Origin: an uncultured bacterium
Lineage (GTDB): Bacteria > Schekmanbacteria > GWA2-38-11 > J061
Reading direction: 5' to 3'
Length of the DNA stretch: 62,008 bases
Assembly: GCA_964549305.1 (NCBI GenBank)
Contig: CAZJVM010000008.1
Location: forward strand, 1-62,008
A program made the position numbers and the translations under genes. This document shows positions 9,178 through 17,794 of this stretch, in pieces (within the stretch, counting starts at the first letter, position 1; each line of letters starts with the position of its first letter). The notes under the pieces are model-generated. The model made no database searches, was not told the DNA's origin, and was given only the letters and a program-made list of their open reading frames with translations.

Positions 9178-9486
9178 ATGAAGATTAATATAAAATATTA
9201 TAACCTGACTCTTGATGTCACCAAGAAGCTCGAAGAGGAAGTGGAATTTCCCGAAGGGACCACTGTAAACGAGGCAATAAAAAAGATGTGCGCCGTGTAC
9301 GGTTATACCTTTGAGCAAAGGGTAATGCTTACAATGGATTCTATGGAAGGCAAGGTGCAAAGGGCAAATGTGTACCTGAATAACCGCCCTGTTGATTATG
9401 AATACGAGTACCCCGACAAGCTCGATACGGTACTTAAAGAAGGCGACAAGCTTTCTTTCGGGTCCCTTATAGGCGGCGGTTTGTAA
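9178..9486 (+). CDS. MoaD/ThiS-family ubiquitin-like sulfur carrier
   Basis: MKINIKYY start, GTTV.E, LKEGDKL and C-terminal IGGGL; lies next to aor, as is common for MoaD-like genes. Confidence 0.8.
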   Translation: MKINIKYYNLTLDVTKKLEEEVEFPEGTTVNEAIKKMCAVYGYTFEQRVMLTMDSMEGKVQRANVYLNNRPVDYEYEYPDKLDTVLKEGDKLSFGSLIGGGL

Positions 9487-9642
9487 AGAGTATATCGATT
9501 TTATCCGTTGATACAGTTCCTGACCTTATTTCCTGTTTTCCTTAATTAATGCTGTTTTAAAAAAATTCCCGAACCGCTGACGGTATGCTAATCTGGCAAA
9601 GATAAACTTTATCCGATATAATCTTCCTGAAAGGATTTTGGG

Positions 9643-10569
9643 ATGAATCAAAGTCTCGCGCAATACCGAATTAAAATCTATCTGGTTTTTCTCGTTTCGC
9701 TCATCTTTGCCGCAACTGCCGTTTCTCTTTATCTGAATGTGCAAAAGACACGGGCGCAGTTTGAAACTTTTGCGCGAAAGAGCGGTCAGGCGTATTTCAA
9801 GGCCTTTGTCGTGACAAGGCGCTGGAATGCAATGCACGGTGGTGTCTATGTGCCTGTTACCGATAAAACGAAACCAAATAAATATCTCGAAGACCCTCTG
9901 CGCGATGTTGAAACTACGAAAGGTATGAAGCTTACATTGATAAATCCCGCGTATATGACAAAAATGATTTCAGAGTATCTGGAAAATGATGACGAAGTTA
10001 ACATTCACATCACCAGTCTCAATCTTCTCAACCCCGATAATAAGGCAGATGAGTGGGAAGAGAGCGCGTTAAGGGAATTTGAAAAGGGCACCGGGGAGGT
10101 TTCTTCCATAGAAGAAGAATCGGGCAGGGAGATTTACCGTTATATGGCGCCTCTTGTCACGGAAAAAAAGTGCCTTAAGTGTCACGAAAAACAGGGATAT
10201 AAGGAAGGGGATATCAGGGGGGGAATCAGTGTTTCATTTCCTTTCAGACAATATCGGGATGCCTCGGGCAATGCGCTGTTGAGAATATATATTGTCCACG
10301 CCCTCTTTTTTATCGTCTGTACGCTTTTGATTTATTCTTTGGGCAGAGCTTTGTTGCGTAATATCGTCGAACTTGAAGAGAGCATAAACCACATAAAACG
10401 CCTTGAGGGAATTTTGCCGATTTGCTCATCGTGCAATAAAATCAAGGATGAAAGCGGGGAATGGAGGCAGTTTGAAGGTTATATCAGAGACCGGAGCGAA
10501 GCACAATTTTCTCACGGACTCTGTCCCGATTGCGCAAAAGAGTTGTATCCGGATTACTACAAAAAATAA
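9643..10569 (+). CDS. membrane-anchored c-type heme sensor-like protein (DUF3365/Tll0287-like) with C-terminal Cys/His motif
   Basis: Two TM segments; WNAMHGGVYVP, NPAYMT, TSLNLLNPDN.ADEWE, YRYMAPL..EKKCLKCH (CxxCH), IRGGISV; tail LPICSSC...SHGLCPDC. Confidence 0.8.
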   Translation: MNQSLAQYRIKIYLVFLVSLIFAATAVSLYLNVQKTRAQFETFARKSGQAYFKAFVVTRRWNAMHGGVYVPVTDKTKPNKYLEDPLRDVETTKGMKLTLINPAYMTKMISEYLENDDEVNIHITSLNLLNPDNKADEWEESALREFEKGTGEVSSIEEESGREIYRYMAPLVTEKKCLKCHEKQGYKEGDIRGGISVSFPFRQYRDASGNALLRIYIVHALFFIVCTLLIYSLGRALLRNIVELEESINHIKRLEGILPICSSCNKIKDESGEWRQFEGYIRDRSEAQFSHGLCPDCAKELYPDYYKK

Positions 10570-10613
10570 CACTTTCGTTCCTGCCGGGTCTGAATTGTTT
10601 CATCGATTCTTAT

Positions 10614-11684
10614 TCAGAAAGCTCTTTTCCCATTTATGAAAAAGTGAATTTCGTCACGGTTCACATCCAGAGATATATTATCCCCCGCCGTATATTGAAT
10701 ATTTCGCTCCAGTCTGACTGCCATTGTCTTATCGATTCCTTCCGGTTTCACATAGGCGATTATCTGAGAGCCAGCGTTTTCGATATTTTCAATCCTGCCT
10801 TTGATGCTTCCCCTGTCCGCAGAAAAGGATTCAGCCCGTATCCCGATCGTTACCATTTCGTTTTCAAACTTTTTAATAATGTCTTTACTTCCAAGTGCCA
10901 ATGAAAAGCTTCCTCTTTTTAAGATGAATTTTCCGTCTTTCCTCTCAATTTTTCCTTCAATAAGATTGATTTCCGGAGTTCCGATAAACTGAGCCGTAAA
11001 AATATTTTCAGGATTGTTGTAAAGTTCGCCCGGAGTTCCCGTCTGCTGTATTTTTCCGTTATTGATAAGTATGATTTTATCAGCCATAGTCATTGCTTCA
11101 AGCTGGTCGTGTGTTACATAAATCGACGTAGAACGAAGCTTACCGTGAATCGAGGAAATTTCTCTTCTCATCTTGGTTCGAAGGCGGGCATCGAGATTTG
11201 AAAGGGGTTCGTCAAATAGGAAAAGTTCGGGATTCCTGACAATTGCCCTTCCAAGCGCCACTCTCTGCCTTTCACCTCCCGATAATTGGCGGGGTTTCCT
11301 TTCAAGAAGCCCTTCTATATTTAAGAGCTTTGCCGTTTCTATCACTTTTTCGTTAATTGTCGTCTTGTTTTCTTTGCGCATTGTAAGGGGGAAAGCGATA
11401 TTCGCGAATGCCGTCATATGGGGATAAAGGGCGTAGTTTTGAAATACCATTGCGATATTTCTCTCCCGCGGTGAAAGCTTGCTTATTTCATTTTCATTTA
11501 AAAATATTTTGCCGCTATCCTGCGATTCGAGTCCCGCAATGATTCGAAGCATTGTGCTCTTGCCGCACCCCGAAGGTCCGAGCAAAACGCAGAATTCGCC
11601 GTCATTGACGAAAAAGGATAATTCGTCGATAACTTTATTATTCCCGTATGATTTAACTATATTTCTGATTTCAAGTTTCTGCAT
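10614..11684 (-). CDS. sugar ABC transporter ATP-binding subunit (MalK/SugC-like)
   Basis: GPSGCGKS Walker A, VFQNYALYPHM, LSGGERQRVALGRA, DEPLSNLD, YVTHDQ.EAM. Confidence 0.95.
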   Translation of the reverse strand: MQKLEIRNIVKSYGNNKVIDELSFFVNDGEFCVLLGPSGCGKSTMLRIIAGLESQDSGKIFLNENEISKLSPRERNIAMVFQNYALYPHMTAFANIAFPLTMRKENKTTINEKVIETAKLLNIEGLLERKPRQLSGGERQRVALGRAIVRNPELFLFDEPLSNLDARLRTKMRREISSIHGKLRSTSIYVTHDQLEAMTMADKIILINNGKIQQTGTPGELYNNPENIFTAQFIGTPEINLIEGKIERKDGKFILKRGSFSLALGSKDIIKKFENEMVTIGIRAESFSADRGSIKGRIENIENAGSQIIAYVKPEGIDKTMAVRLERNIQYTAGDNISLDVNRDEIHFFINGKRAF

Positions 11685-11686
11685 TT

Positions 11687-12505
11687 TTACCCCTTAACCG
11701 CTCCCGCGGATAATCCCGATACGATTCTTCTTTGAAAAATCATTACCATTATTACCAGAGGAATAGTGGCAATCGTGGATGCCGAGGCGATTTCTCCCCA
11801 GGGCATAGTGTATTGTCCCTGAAAAAGAGCGATTCCCACGGGAAGAGTGCGGTAATTCTGCTCGGTCATTATGAGCAGGGCAAAGAAGAATTCATTCCAG
11901 GCATATATAAAAACGAGTATTGCCGCCGTAAAAATTCCGGGCATTGCCAGCGGGGCTATTATTCTCATCAAAACCTGAACGTGCGAGCATCCGTCAACCT
12001 TTGCCGCGTCTTCTATTTCAACGGGCAATTCGGCAAAGAATGCCGTAAGAATCCATATGCCGAGAGGCAAAGTCAGCGTTACATAAGGGAATACAAGACC
12101 CTTATAACTGTTGAGCCATCCAAGAGAGTAAAGTATCTTCCAAAGGGGGCCTGCAATCGATATCTGCGGAAACATCGACGCGGAAATAAGCGCTCCCATT
12201 ATAATTTTCCTGTGTCCGGTTTTCAGGCGCGAAAGGGCATAACCGGCAAGGCTCGAGAGGAGAATCGTAATTGCCGTTGTGAGAGACGCGACAATTAAGC
12301 TGTTTTTAATGAAGCTTAAGAGTTTGTATTCCTTTATCGCCGATTCGTAAAAATCGAGATTGAACGAGGGAAAAAACACAGGGGGAATGGAAGTCACTTC
12401 AATTTCCGTTTTAAAGGAAGTAATCAGAAACCAGGCAAAGGGAAAAACGCTTGCCGCAACGGTTATTATTACCCATATGGGAAAGAGAGCTTTTCCCTTT
12501 TTCAT
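11687..12505 (-). CDS. carbohydrate ABC transporter permease (MalG/SugB-like)
   Basis: Multi-TM protein; EAA loop EIEDAAKVDG; WNEFFFAL; C-terminal GLSAGAVKG. Confidence 0.93.
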   Translation of the reverse strand: MKKGKALFPIWVIITVAASVFPFAWFLITSFKTEIEVTSIPPVFFPSFNLDFYESAIKEYKLLSFIKNSLIVASLTTAITILLSSLAGYALSRLKTGHRKIIMGALISASMFPQISIAGPLWKILYSLGWLNSYKGLVFPYVTLTLPLGIWILTAFFAELPVEIEDAAKVDGCSHVQVLMRIIAPLAMPGIFTAAILVFIYAWNEFFFALLIMTEQNYRTLPVGIALFQGQYTMPWGEIASASTIATIPLVIMVMIFQRRIVSGLSAGAVKG

Positions 12506-13401
12506 CCTTCATCCCCCTTTATACCCTTGCCTAAAAACCTTATGTAGATTAGGGAAATTGCAAATAATACGACAAAGATTGAAACTGATATCGATGAGCC
12601 GTATCCAAGCTGTCCTTCCGCAAAAATTTTCTTGTAGCCGTAGAACTGAATTACATTCGTGGAGTCCCCCGGACCTCCCTGCGTCATAACGAATATGAGA
12701 TCGAAAACCCTGAAAGCGTCGATTGTCCTGAAAAGCACGGCAACGAGAATAGCGGGAGTGAGAAGTGGCAGAGTTATCTTTAAAAATCGCTGCCATCTTC
12801 CCGCGCCGTCAATTCTCGCGGATTCGTATAATTCATCGGGAATCGCCTGCAAGCCGGCGAGAATAAGCAATGCCGCGAATGACGAAGACTTCCACACATC
12901 GGCAACGATTATGGCGCCAAAAGCCGAAAACGGTTGCGCGAGCCATGCCCTGTAAAGTTGCGTCGCGTCTGCGAAAAAGAGATAATTGGCAAACCCGTAC
13001 TGGTCGTTAAAAATAAATCTCCACATTTGCGATGAAACAACGGTTGGTATAGCCCAGGGAATGAGTATTGCCGCCCTTACGATTCCCCTGCCTCTGAATG
13101 CCTCATTCATAATCAGCGCGATTGCAAGGCCAAAGAGGATTTCGAAGAAAACCGTTATGGCGGCAAATATGAAGGTGTTTGTAAAAGCATCCACGGCAAC
13201 TGCATCGTTGAGAAGTTTTTTGTAATTATCAAGACCCGCGAAGGAGCCAGAAGTGCGCGAAATGCCAAGCGTTTCATTTTGAAAACTTAAGAGAATGGAT
13301 GAGAGAATAGGATAGAAGGAAAAAACGGAAATAAAAAGAAATGACGGAAGAAGCAGAATATACGCGAAACTTTTTTCCCTTTTTTTGAATGAGTTTTCCA
13401 T
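12502..13401 (-). CDS. carbohydrate ABC transporter permease (MalF/SugA-like)
   Basis: LIPWAIPTVV, DVWK, LAGLQAIPDELYESARIDGA, FRVFDLIFVMTQGGPG. Confidence 0.93.
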   Translation of the reverse strand: MENSFKKREKSFAYILLLPSFLFISVFSFYPILSSILLSFQNETLGISRTSGSFAGLDNYKKLLNDAVAVDAFTNTFIFAAITVFFEILFGLAIALIMNEAFRGRGIVRAAILIPWAIPTVVSSQMWRFIFNDQYGFANYLFFADATQLYRAWLAQPFSAFGAIIVADVWKSSSFAALLILAGLQAIPDELYESARIDGAGRWQRFLKITLPLLTPAILVAVLFRTIDAFRVFDLIFVMTQGGPGDSTNVIQFYGYKKIFAEGQLGYGSSISVSIFVVLFAISLIYIRFLGKGIKGDEG

Positions 13402-13493
13402 TGATTAGCGCCGTCAAATTACGGTTTAAAGGAAAATTTAAGAAACTCAATTTAATTATTTAAGCTGAATGGATATTTTTCAACATTAAAAAC

Positions 13494-14783
13494 TTATTTT
13501 TTGCCGAGAATTTTTTCAATATCCGATGATGCTCTCAGTGCCTCTTTTTTAATGTCCGATTCAGTGCTTAATATTGCCTTGCTGAAGCATCGCTGTAATA
13601 TATTTGAAATTGATGTGTAAAAAGGCGTGACGGGACGGGGATATGCAGAGAAAAAAACTTCCTTCATACTTTTAAAATGAGGGTTTTTTTCAAGTACTTC
13701 GGGAGCTTCATAAAGTGATTTTCTTGTAGGGGGAAGCCCCGCTTCAATTGCGAGTTTTTTTTGAATTTTTTCTCCCGTCATAAATTTTATAAACTTCCAC
13801 GCCTCGTTTTTGTGTTTTGAAAAGGCGTTCATGCCAAGCTGCCATCCGCCAAGCGTTGAATAACTCTTTTTGCCTTTAAAGTGAGGTATGCTCAATATTC
13901 CCACTTTGCCCGCAATGCGTGAGCGCGCTGTATCGTTTGATATTTCCCACGCGTAAGGCCAATTTCTGTGAAATATAGATTTTCCCTGAATGAAAACATC
14001 GAGGGATTCCTGTTCCTGATAGGCAAGCGCGCCTGGCGGGGAAAGTTTATTTATAATTTTATCCCTTACAAATCGGATTGCATCGAGCGACGGAGGGTCT
14101 GCTATTTGAGGAGTTTGCGCCGTCTCATCGATTATTTTGCCGCCGTTTGTGAGAATATACTCCATCATATTGCATACAATGCCTTCATACTGTTTGAATT
14201 GTCCGGAAAATCCAAAGATATGCCTTCCTGATTTTTCTTCCCGCGCCATTATTTCCCTTGCCGTATCAAAGAGATTTTCCCAAGTTGATGGTGGCGCAAA
14301 GCCGTATTTTTCGAGCAGGTCCTTCCTGTAATAGAGTACGCCTGCATCGGTGAAAAGCGGTATTCCGTAAAGCTTGCCTTTGTAAGTGTTTGCCCGAATG
14401 GCGCCTTCAATGAATTGCTCTTTTTCATCTTCACCGATGAAACCTTCGAGCGGTTCCAACCATCCTGCCTCTGCAAATTCAGGAGGCCATATTACGTCCA
14501 TAAAGAAGATGTCCGCGTCGCCGCTTTTATTTTTCAGTTTTTGAGTGAGAAGGTCGTGAAATGCCGTTGTTGAATGAGGCGCAAACTCTCTTTTTATTTT
14601 GATTTCCGGATTTTCTTTTTCAAATATTTCAACTGCATCATTCCATACTTCCGGTTGGTCAGGTTTGAATGTTATAAAACTGATGATTGTTTTTCCGCCT
14701 TTTTTTTCGCTTTTGGTGCAGGCAGATGAAGACAGCAATAGGCAAAAAGAAATAAATACCAGAATAAAAGATTTATTTGTCAT
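13494..14783 (-). CDS. ABC substrate-binding lipoprotein, trehalose/maltose-type
   Basis: Lipoprotein-like signal (SSAC), MDVIWPPEFA, LYYRKDLLEKYG, QFKQYEG, RNWPYAW, LGGWQL, PRPVTPFY. Confidence 0.88.
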   Translation of the reverse strand: MTNKSFILVFISFCLLLSSSACTKSEKKGGKTIISFITFKPDQPEVWNDAVEIFEKENPEIKIKREFAPHSTTAFHDLLTQKLKNKSGDADIFFMDVIWPPEFAEAGWLEPLEGFIGEDEKEQFIEGAIRANTYKGKLYGIPLFTDAGVLYYRKDLLEKYGFAPPSTWENLFDTAREIMAREEKSGRHIFGFSGQFKQYEGIVCNMMEYILTNGGKIIDETAQTPQIADPPSLDAIRFVRDKIINKLSPPGALAYQEQESLDVFIQGKSIFHRNWPYAWEISNDTARSRIAGKVGILSIPHFKGKKSYSTLGGWQLGMNAFSKHKNEAWKFIKFMTGEKIQKKLAIEAGLPPTRKSLYEAPEVLEKNPHFKSMKEVFFSAYPRPVTPFYTSISNILQRCFSKAILSTESDIKKEALRASSDIEKILGKK

Positions 14784-15060
14784 TTATCACCCTTTAATCA
14801 CAACTATTGTTTTTGTTATAGTAGTATAACTAAAATCATAATTATCCAAATGTGAATTGCATAATTTTACCCTCCTGCCGGAGATTTTGAAATAATTTCT
14901 TCTTTGTATGTAGCGCGGGCGAAAATTATTAATAGATAGGAAATATTTTTTTGCTTTATCTTCAATGTTTTTGTAAAAAGTTAGTGCTTGCATTTTTTTC
15001 CTTATTTTATAAAAAAGCAGTCAATTATTAAAAAGTCTTTATCTTCTCCGGAGAAACGAA

Positions 15061-15630
15061 ATGGAAATAAAATTTGATGAACTTGACCCTGAATTCAAAT
15101 ATAAAATTGCGGAAAGGCCGGGCGGCGACAAGATAAAAAACTGTTATTCCTGCGGAACCTGTTCGGCAAGTTGTCCCGTGAGAAAAATAGACGAGCGCTT
15201 CAATCCGCGTCAAATAATACGGATGGCGCTTCTCGGATTGAAAGAAGCGGTTTATAAAAGCGATTTTGTCTGGCTTTGCACCGCCTGTTTCAGCTGTCAG
15301 GAGAAATGCCCTCAGGATGTAAAAATAACCGACCTTATGACGGTTTTTAAAAATCTTGCCACAGAGGAAGGGTATGTTCATCCTTCTTATGTGCAGGTAG
15401 GCGATTTTATAAAGGGGAGCGGAAGAGTCTATGAGCTTGAGGATTTTGACAACAAGAAGCGGTCTAAAGCGGGGCTTCCGAAGCTTCCTCTGAAAATATC
15501 CGAAGTGGAGAAGATCTTTGAAATGACGGGCTTCAAGGAGCTTCTTGAAAGCGCGAAGAAGGAATCGGCTGAAAAAGTTGAAACCGTTGAGGAGAGCCCT
15601 TCAGAAAACAATACAGGAGATTCAAAGTGA
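15061..15630 (+). CDS. hdrC: heterodisulfide reductase subunit C-like
   Basis: CYSCGTCSASCP and WLCTACFSCQEKCPQ; overlaps hdrB. Confidence 0.9.
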   Translation: MEIKFDELDPEFKYKIAERPGGDKIKNCYSCGTCSASCPVRKIDERFNPRQIIRMALLGLKEAVYKSDFVWLCTACFSCQEKCPQDVKITDLMTVFKNLATEEGYVHPSYVQVGDFIKGSGRVYELEDFDNKKRSKAGLPKLPLKISEVEKIFEMTGFKELLESAKKESAEKVETVEESPSENNTGDSK

Positions 15631-16511
15631 AATTAGGATTATTTCTCGGCTGCACTATTCCGGCAAGAGTCAGACAGTATGAAATTTCCACAAGAAGGGT
15701 CGCCAGAGAGCTTGGTATAGAATTCGTCGATGTTGATGATTTTTCCTGCTGCGGTTTTCCGCTGAAGGGTGTAAGTTACGAGACCACTATGCTCCTTGCC
15801 GCGAGAAACCTCGTTCTTGCCGAAGAAAAGGGATTGACCGAGATATGTACAATGTGCAGTGCCTGCACGGAGAATCTCACTGAATTTGCCAGGGAATTGA
15901 ATGAACACGAAGAAATAAGAAACGAAGTGAACAGGAAACTTGAACCGTTGGGAAAAAAATATAACGGAACGGTGAATGTGAGGCATTTCTGCCGTGTGCT
16001 CATAGAAGAATTCGGGATGGAAGGGGTTCAGAAGTATGCGACGCGCCCTCTCAGGGAGTTGAAAGTTACCGCGCATTTCGGGTGCCACTATGTAAGGCCT
16101 TCGGCAATCTATGACAAATTCGACGATCCGGAAATGCCTTCAACTTTGAAAGACCTTATCAGGGCAACGGGTGCCGAGTATGTGGAGCATAGCAATGAGA
16201 TGCAGTGTTGCGGAGGAGGAATCCTTGCAGTGGCCGAAAAGATTGCTCTTGCGCTGTCGAAGGATAAGCTTGACAGAATGAAAGGGTCGGGCGCCGACAT
16301 CGTGTGCCTCATTTGTCCCTTCTGCGGAGTAATGTATGATGCCAATCAGCGTTCCATCGAAGATGAGTTTCAGACAGAATACAAGATGCCTGTGCTCTTC
16401 TATCCCCAGCTTTTAGGCCTTTCTATGGGAATACCATCAAAAGAATTGGGCCTGAACCTTAATGTGGTTAAGACAAAGGAACTTGTCAAATCCCTTGAAG
16501 CGGCAGGTTAA
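15627..16511 (+). CDS. hdrB: heterodisulfide reductase subunit B-like
   Basis: Two CCG domains: FLGC..SCCG..CSAC and HFGCH..QCCG..CPFC; C-terminal PVLFYPQLLGL. Confidence 0.92.
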   Translation: MKLGLFLGCTIPARVRQYEISTRRVARELGIEFVDVDDFSCCGFPLKGVSYETTMLLAARNLVLAEEKGLTEICTMCSACTENLTEFARELNEHEEIRNEVNRKLEPLGKKYNGTVNVRHFCRVLIEEFGMEGVQKYATRPLRELKVTAHFGCHYVRPSAIYDKFDDPEMPSTLKDLIRATGAEYVEHSNEMQCCGGGILAVAEKIALALSKDKLDRMKGSGADIVCLICPFCGVMYDANQRSIEDEFQTEYKMPVLFYPQLLGLSMGIPSKELGLNLNVVKTKELVKSLEAAG

Positions 16512-16531
16512 TGAAGGAGTGAAATTCCGCG

Positions 16532-17794
16532 TTGAATTATGATGTTGCTATAATAGGAGGAGGCGTCACAGGTATATCTGCGGCGCTTCAGCTCGAATCC
16601 GAAGGCATTTCCTACGTTATAATCGAAAAGGAATTTTATGCCGGAGGAAGAAGCCTTCAGCTCTGTTGTAAGGCATCTGACCGCTGTAACAAATGCGGCG
16701 CCTGTACCGCCGACCATACAATTAAAGAGATTTTCCTTAAGGCAAACGGCAATTTTTTTGAAGGTGCCTGCCTGAAATCCGCAGAGGAGAAAGGCGGAAA
16801 ATTCAACATTAAATTTGAACAGCGCCCTTCTTGTGTGGCTAAAGAGAAGTGCACGAAGTGCGGAAAATGCGTCGAAGTGTGTCCCGTGGAAGGCAAAGCG
16901 GTGAAAATGCCACCATTTATGGCATATCCGGGATTTCCCTACATCGATAAAGATTTGTGTCTTCGCCAACGGGGCGAGGAATGCACTAAGTGCAGTGACG
17001 CCTGCCCCCACTCGGCAATAGACTATTCAGGGGGCGCGGAGAATGTGGAAGTGAACGCTTCATCGGTCATACTCGCAGTCGGGCTTAACCACTATGACCC
17101 TTCGGGCAAATCCTCATATCATTACGGGGCTTTCAGGAACATAATCAGCGGTCAGGAGCTTGAAGAGCAGATAAGGCGCAATGGAAAACTTACGAGGCCA
17201 TCTGACGGGAAGATTCCCTCATCCGTCGCTTTTATACAATGCGCCGGAAGCAGGGATCCGAGAAACGCAAATGCCTACTGTTCGCAGATATGCTGTCTTT
17301 TCGCGATGCGAAGCTCTCTTCATATCAAGGAGGATTTTCCGGACACGCGCATAAAGATTTTTTATATGGACCTTCAGGCGGACTGCAAGGATGAAATGGA
17401 AATTGTTGAAAGATGTAAAAAAACAATCGAGTTTGAAAGGTCAATGCCCGGAGTAATCGTTGAAAAAGAGGAAGGCAGAATAGGGCTTACTTATGAATCT
17501 CTCGATGAGAATAAAAATGTGGAAGAGGAATTTGACCTTCTGGTGCTTTCCACGGGAATCGCGCCGTCGAAGTCCAATCCGGAGGTTGCAAAAATGTTCG
17601 GACTGGAGGTTGGCGACGATGGTTTTATAAAAGGCGGAGATGACAGCGATAAAACGAAGACGGCAAAGGAAAAAATATTTATTGCCGGAGGATGTGAAGG
17701 CCCCAAGAATGCCCTGTTGAGCATAGTACAGGGCGCCTCTGCTGCGCGAAACGCCTTATCCGCCGTGGCAGGCAGGAGGGAGGAGATTGCCTGA
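16532..17794 (+). CDS. hdrA: short HdrA/QmoA-like flavoprotein (HdrA')
   Basis: GGGVTG FAD motif at the N-terminus, LCCKASDRCNKCGAC, 2x[4Fe-4S], IQCAGSRD...YCSQICC, GGCEGPK. TTG start is uncertain. Confidence 0.82.
   Translation: MNYDVAIIGGGVTGISAALQLESEGISYVIIEKEFYAGGRSLQLCCKASDRCNKCGACTADHTIKEIFLKANGNFFEGACLKSAEEKGGKFNIKFEQRPSCVAKEKCTKCGKCVEVCPVEGKAVKMPPFMAYPGFPYIDKDLCLRQRGEECTKCSDACPHSAIDYSGGAENVEVNASSVILAVGLNHYDPSGKSSYHYGAFRNIISGQELEEQIRRNGKLTRPSDGKIPSSVAFIQCAGSRDPRNANAYCSQICCLFAMRSSLHIKEDFPDTRIKIFYMDLQADCKDEMEIVERCKKTIEFERSMPGVIVEKEEGRIGLTYESLDENKNVEEEFDLLVLSTGIAPSKSNPEVAKMFGLEVGDDGFIKGGDDSDKTKTAKEKIFIAGGCEGPKNALLSIVQGASAARNALSAVAGRREEIA

Noticed and set aside
16511-16534. Selenocysteine read-through: ATG AAG GAG TGA in frame with hdrA'
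   Set aside because: The TGA is not at a conserved Cys position and no convincing SECIS hairpin follows. The AAGGAG is better explained as the RBS for the TTG at 16532.
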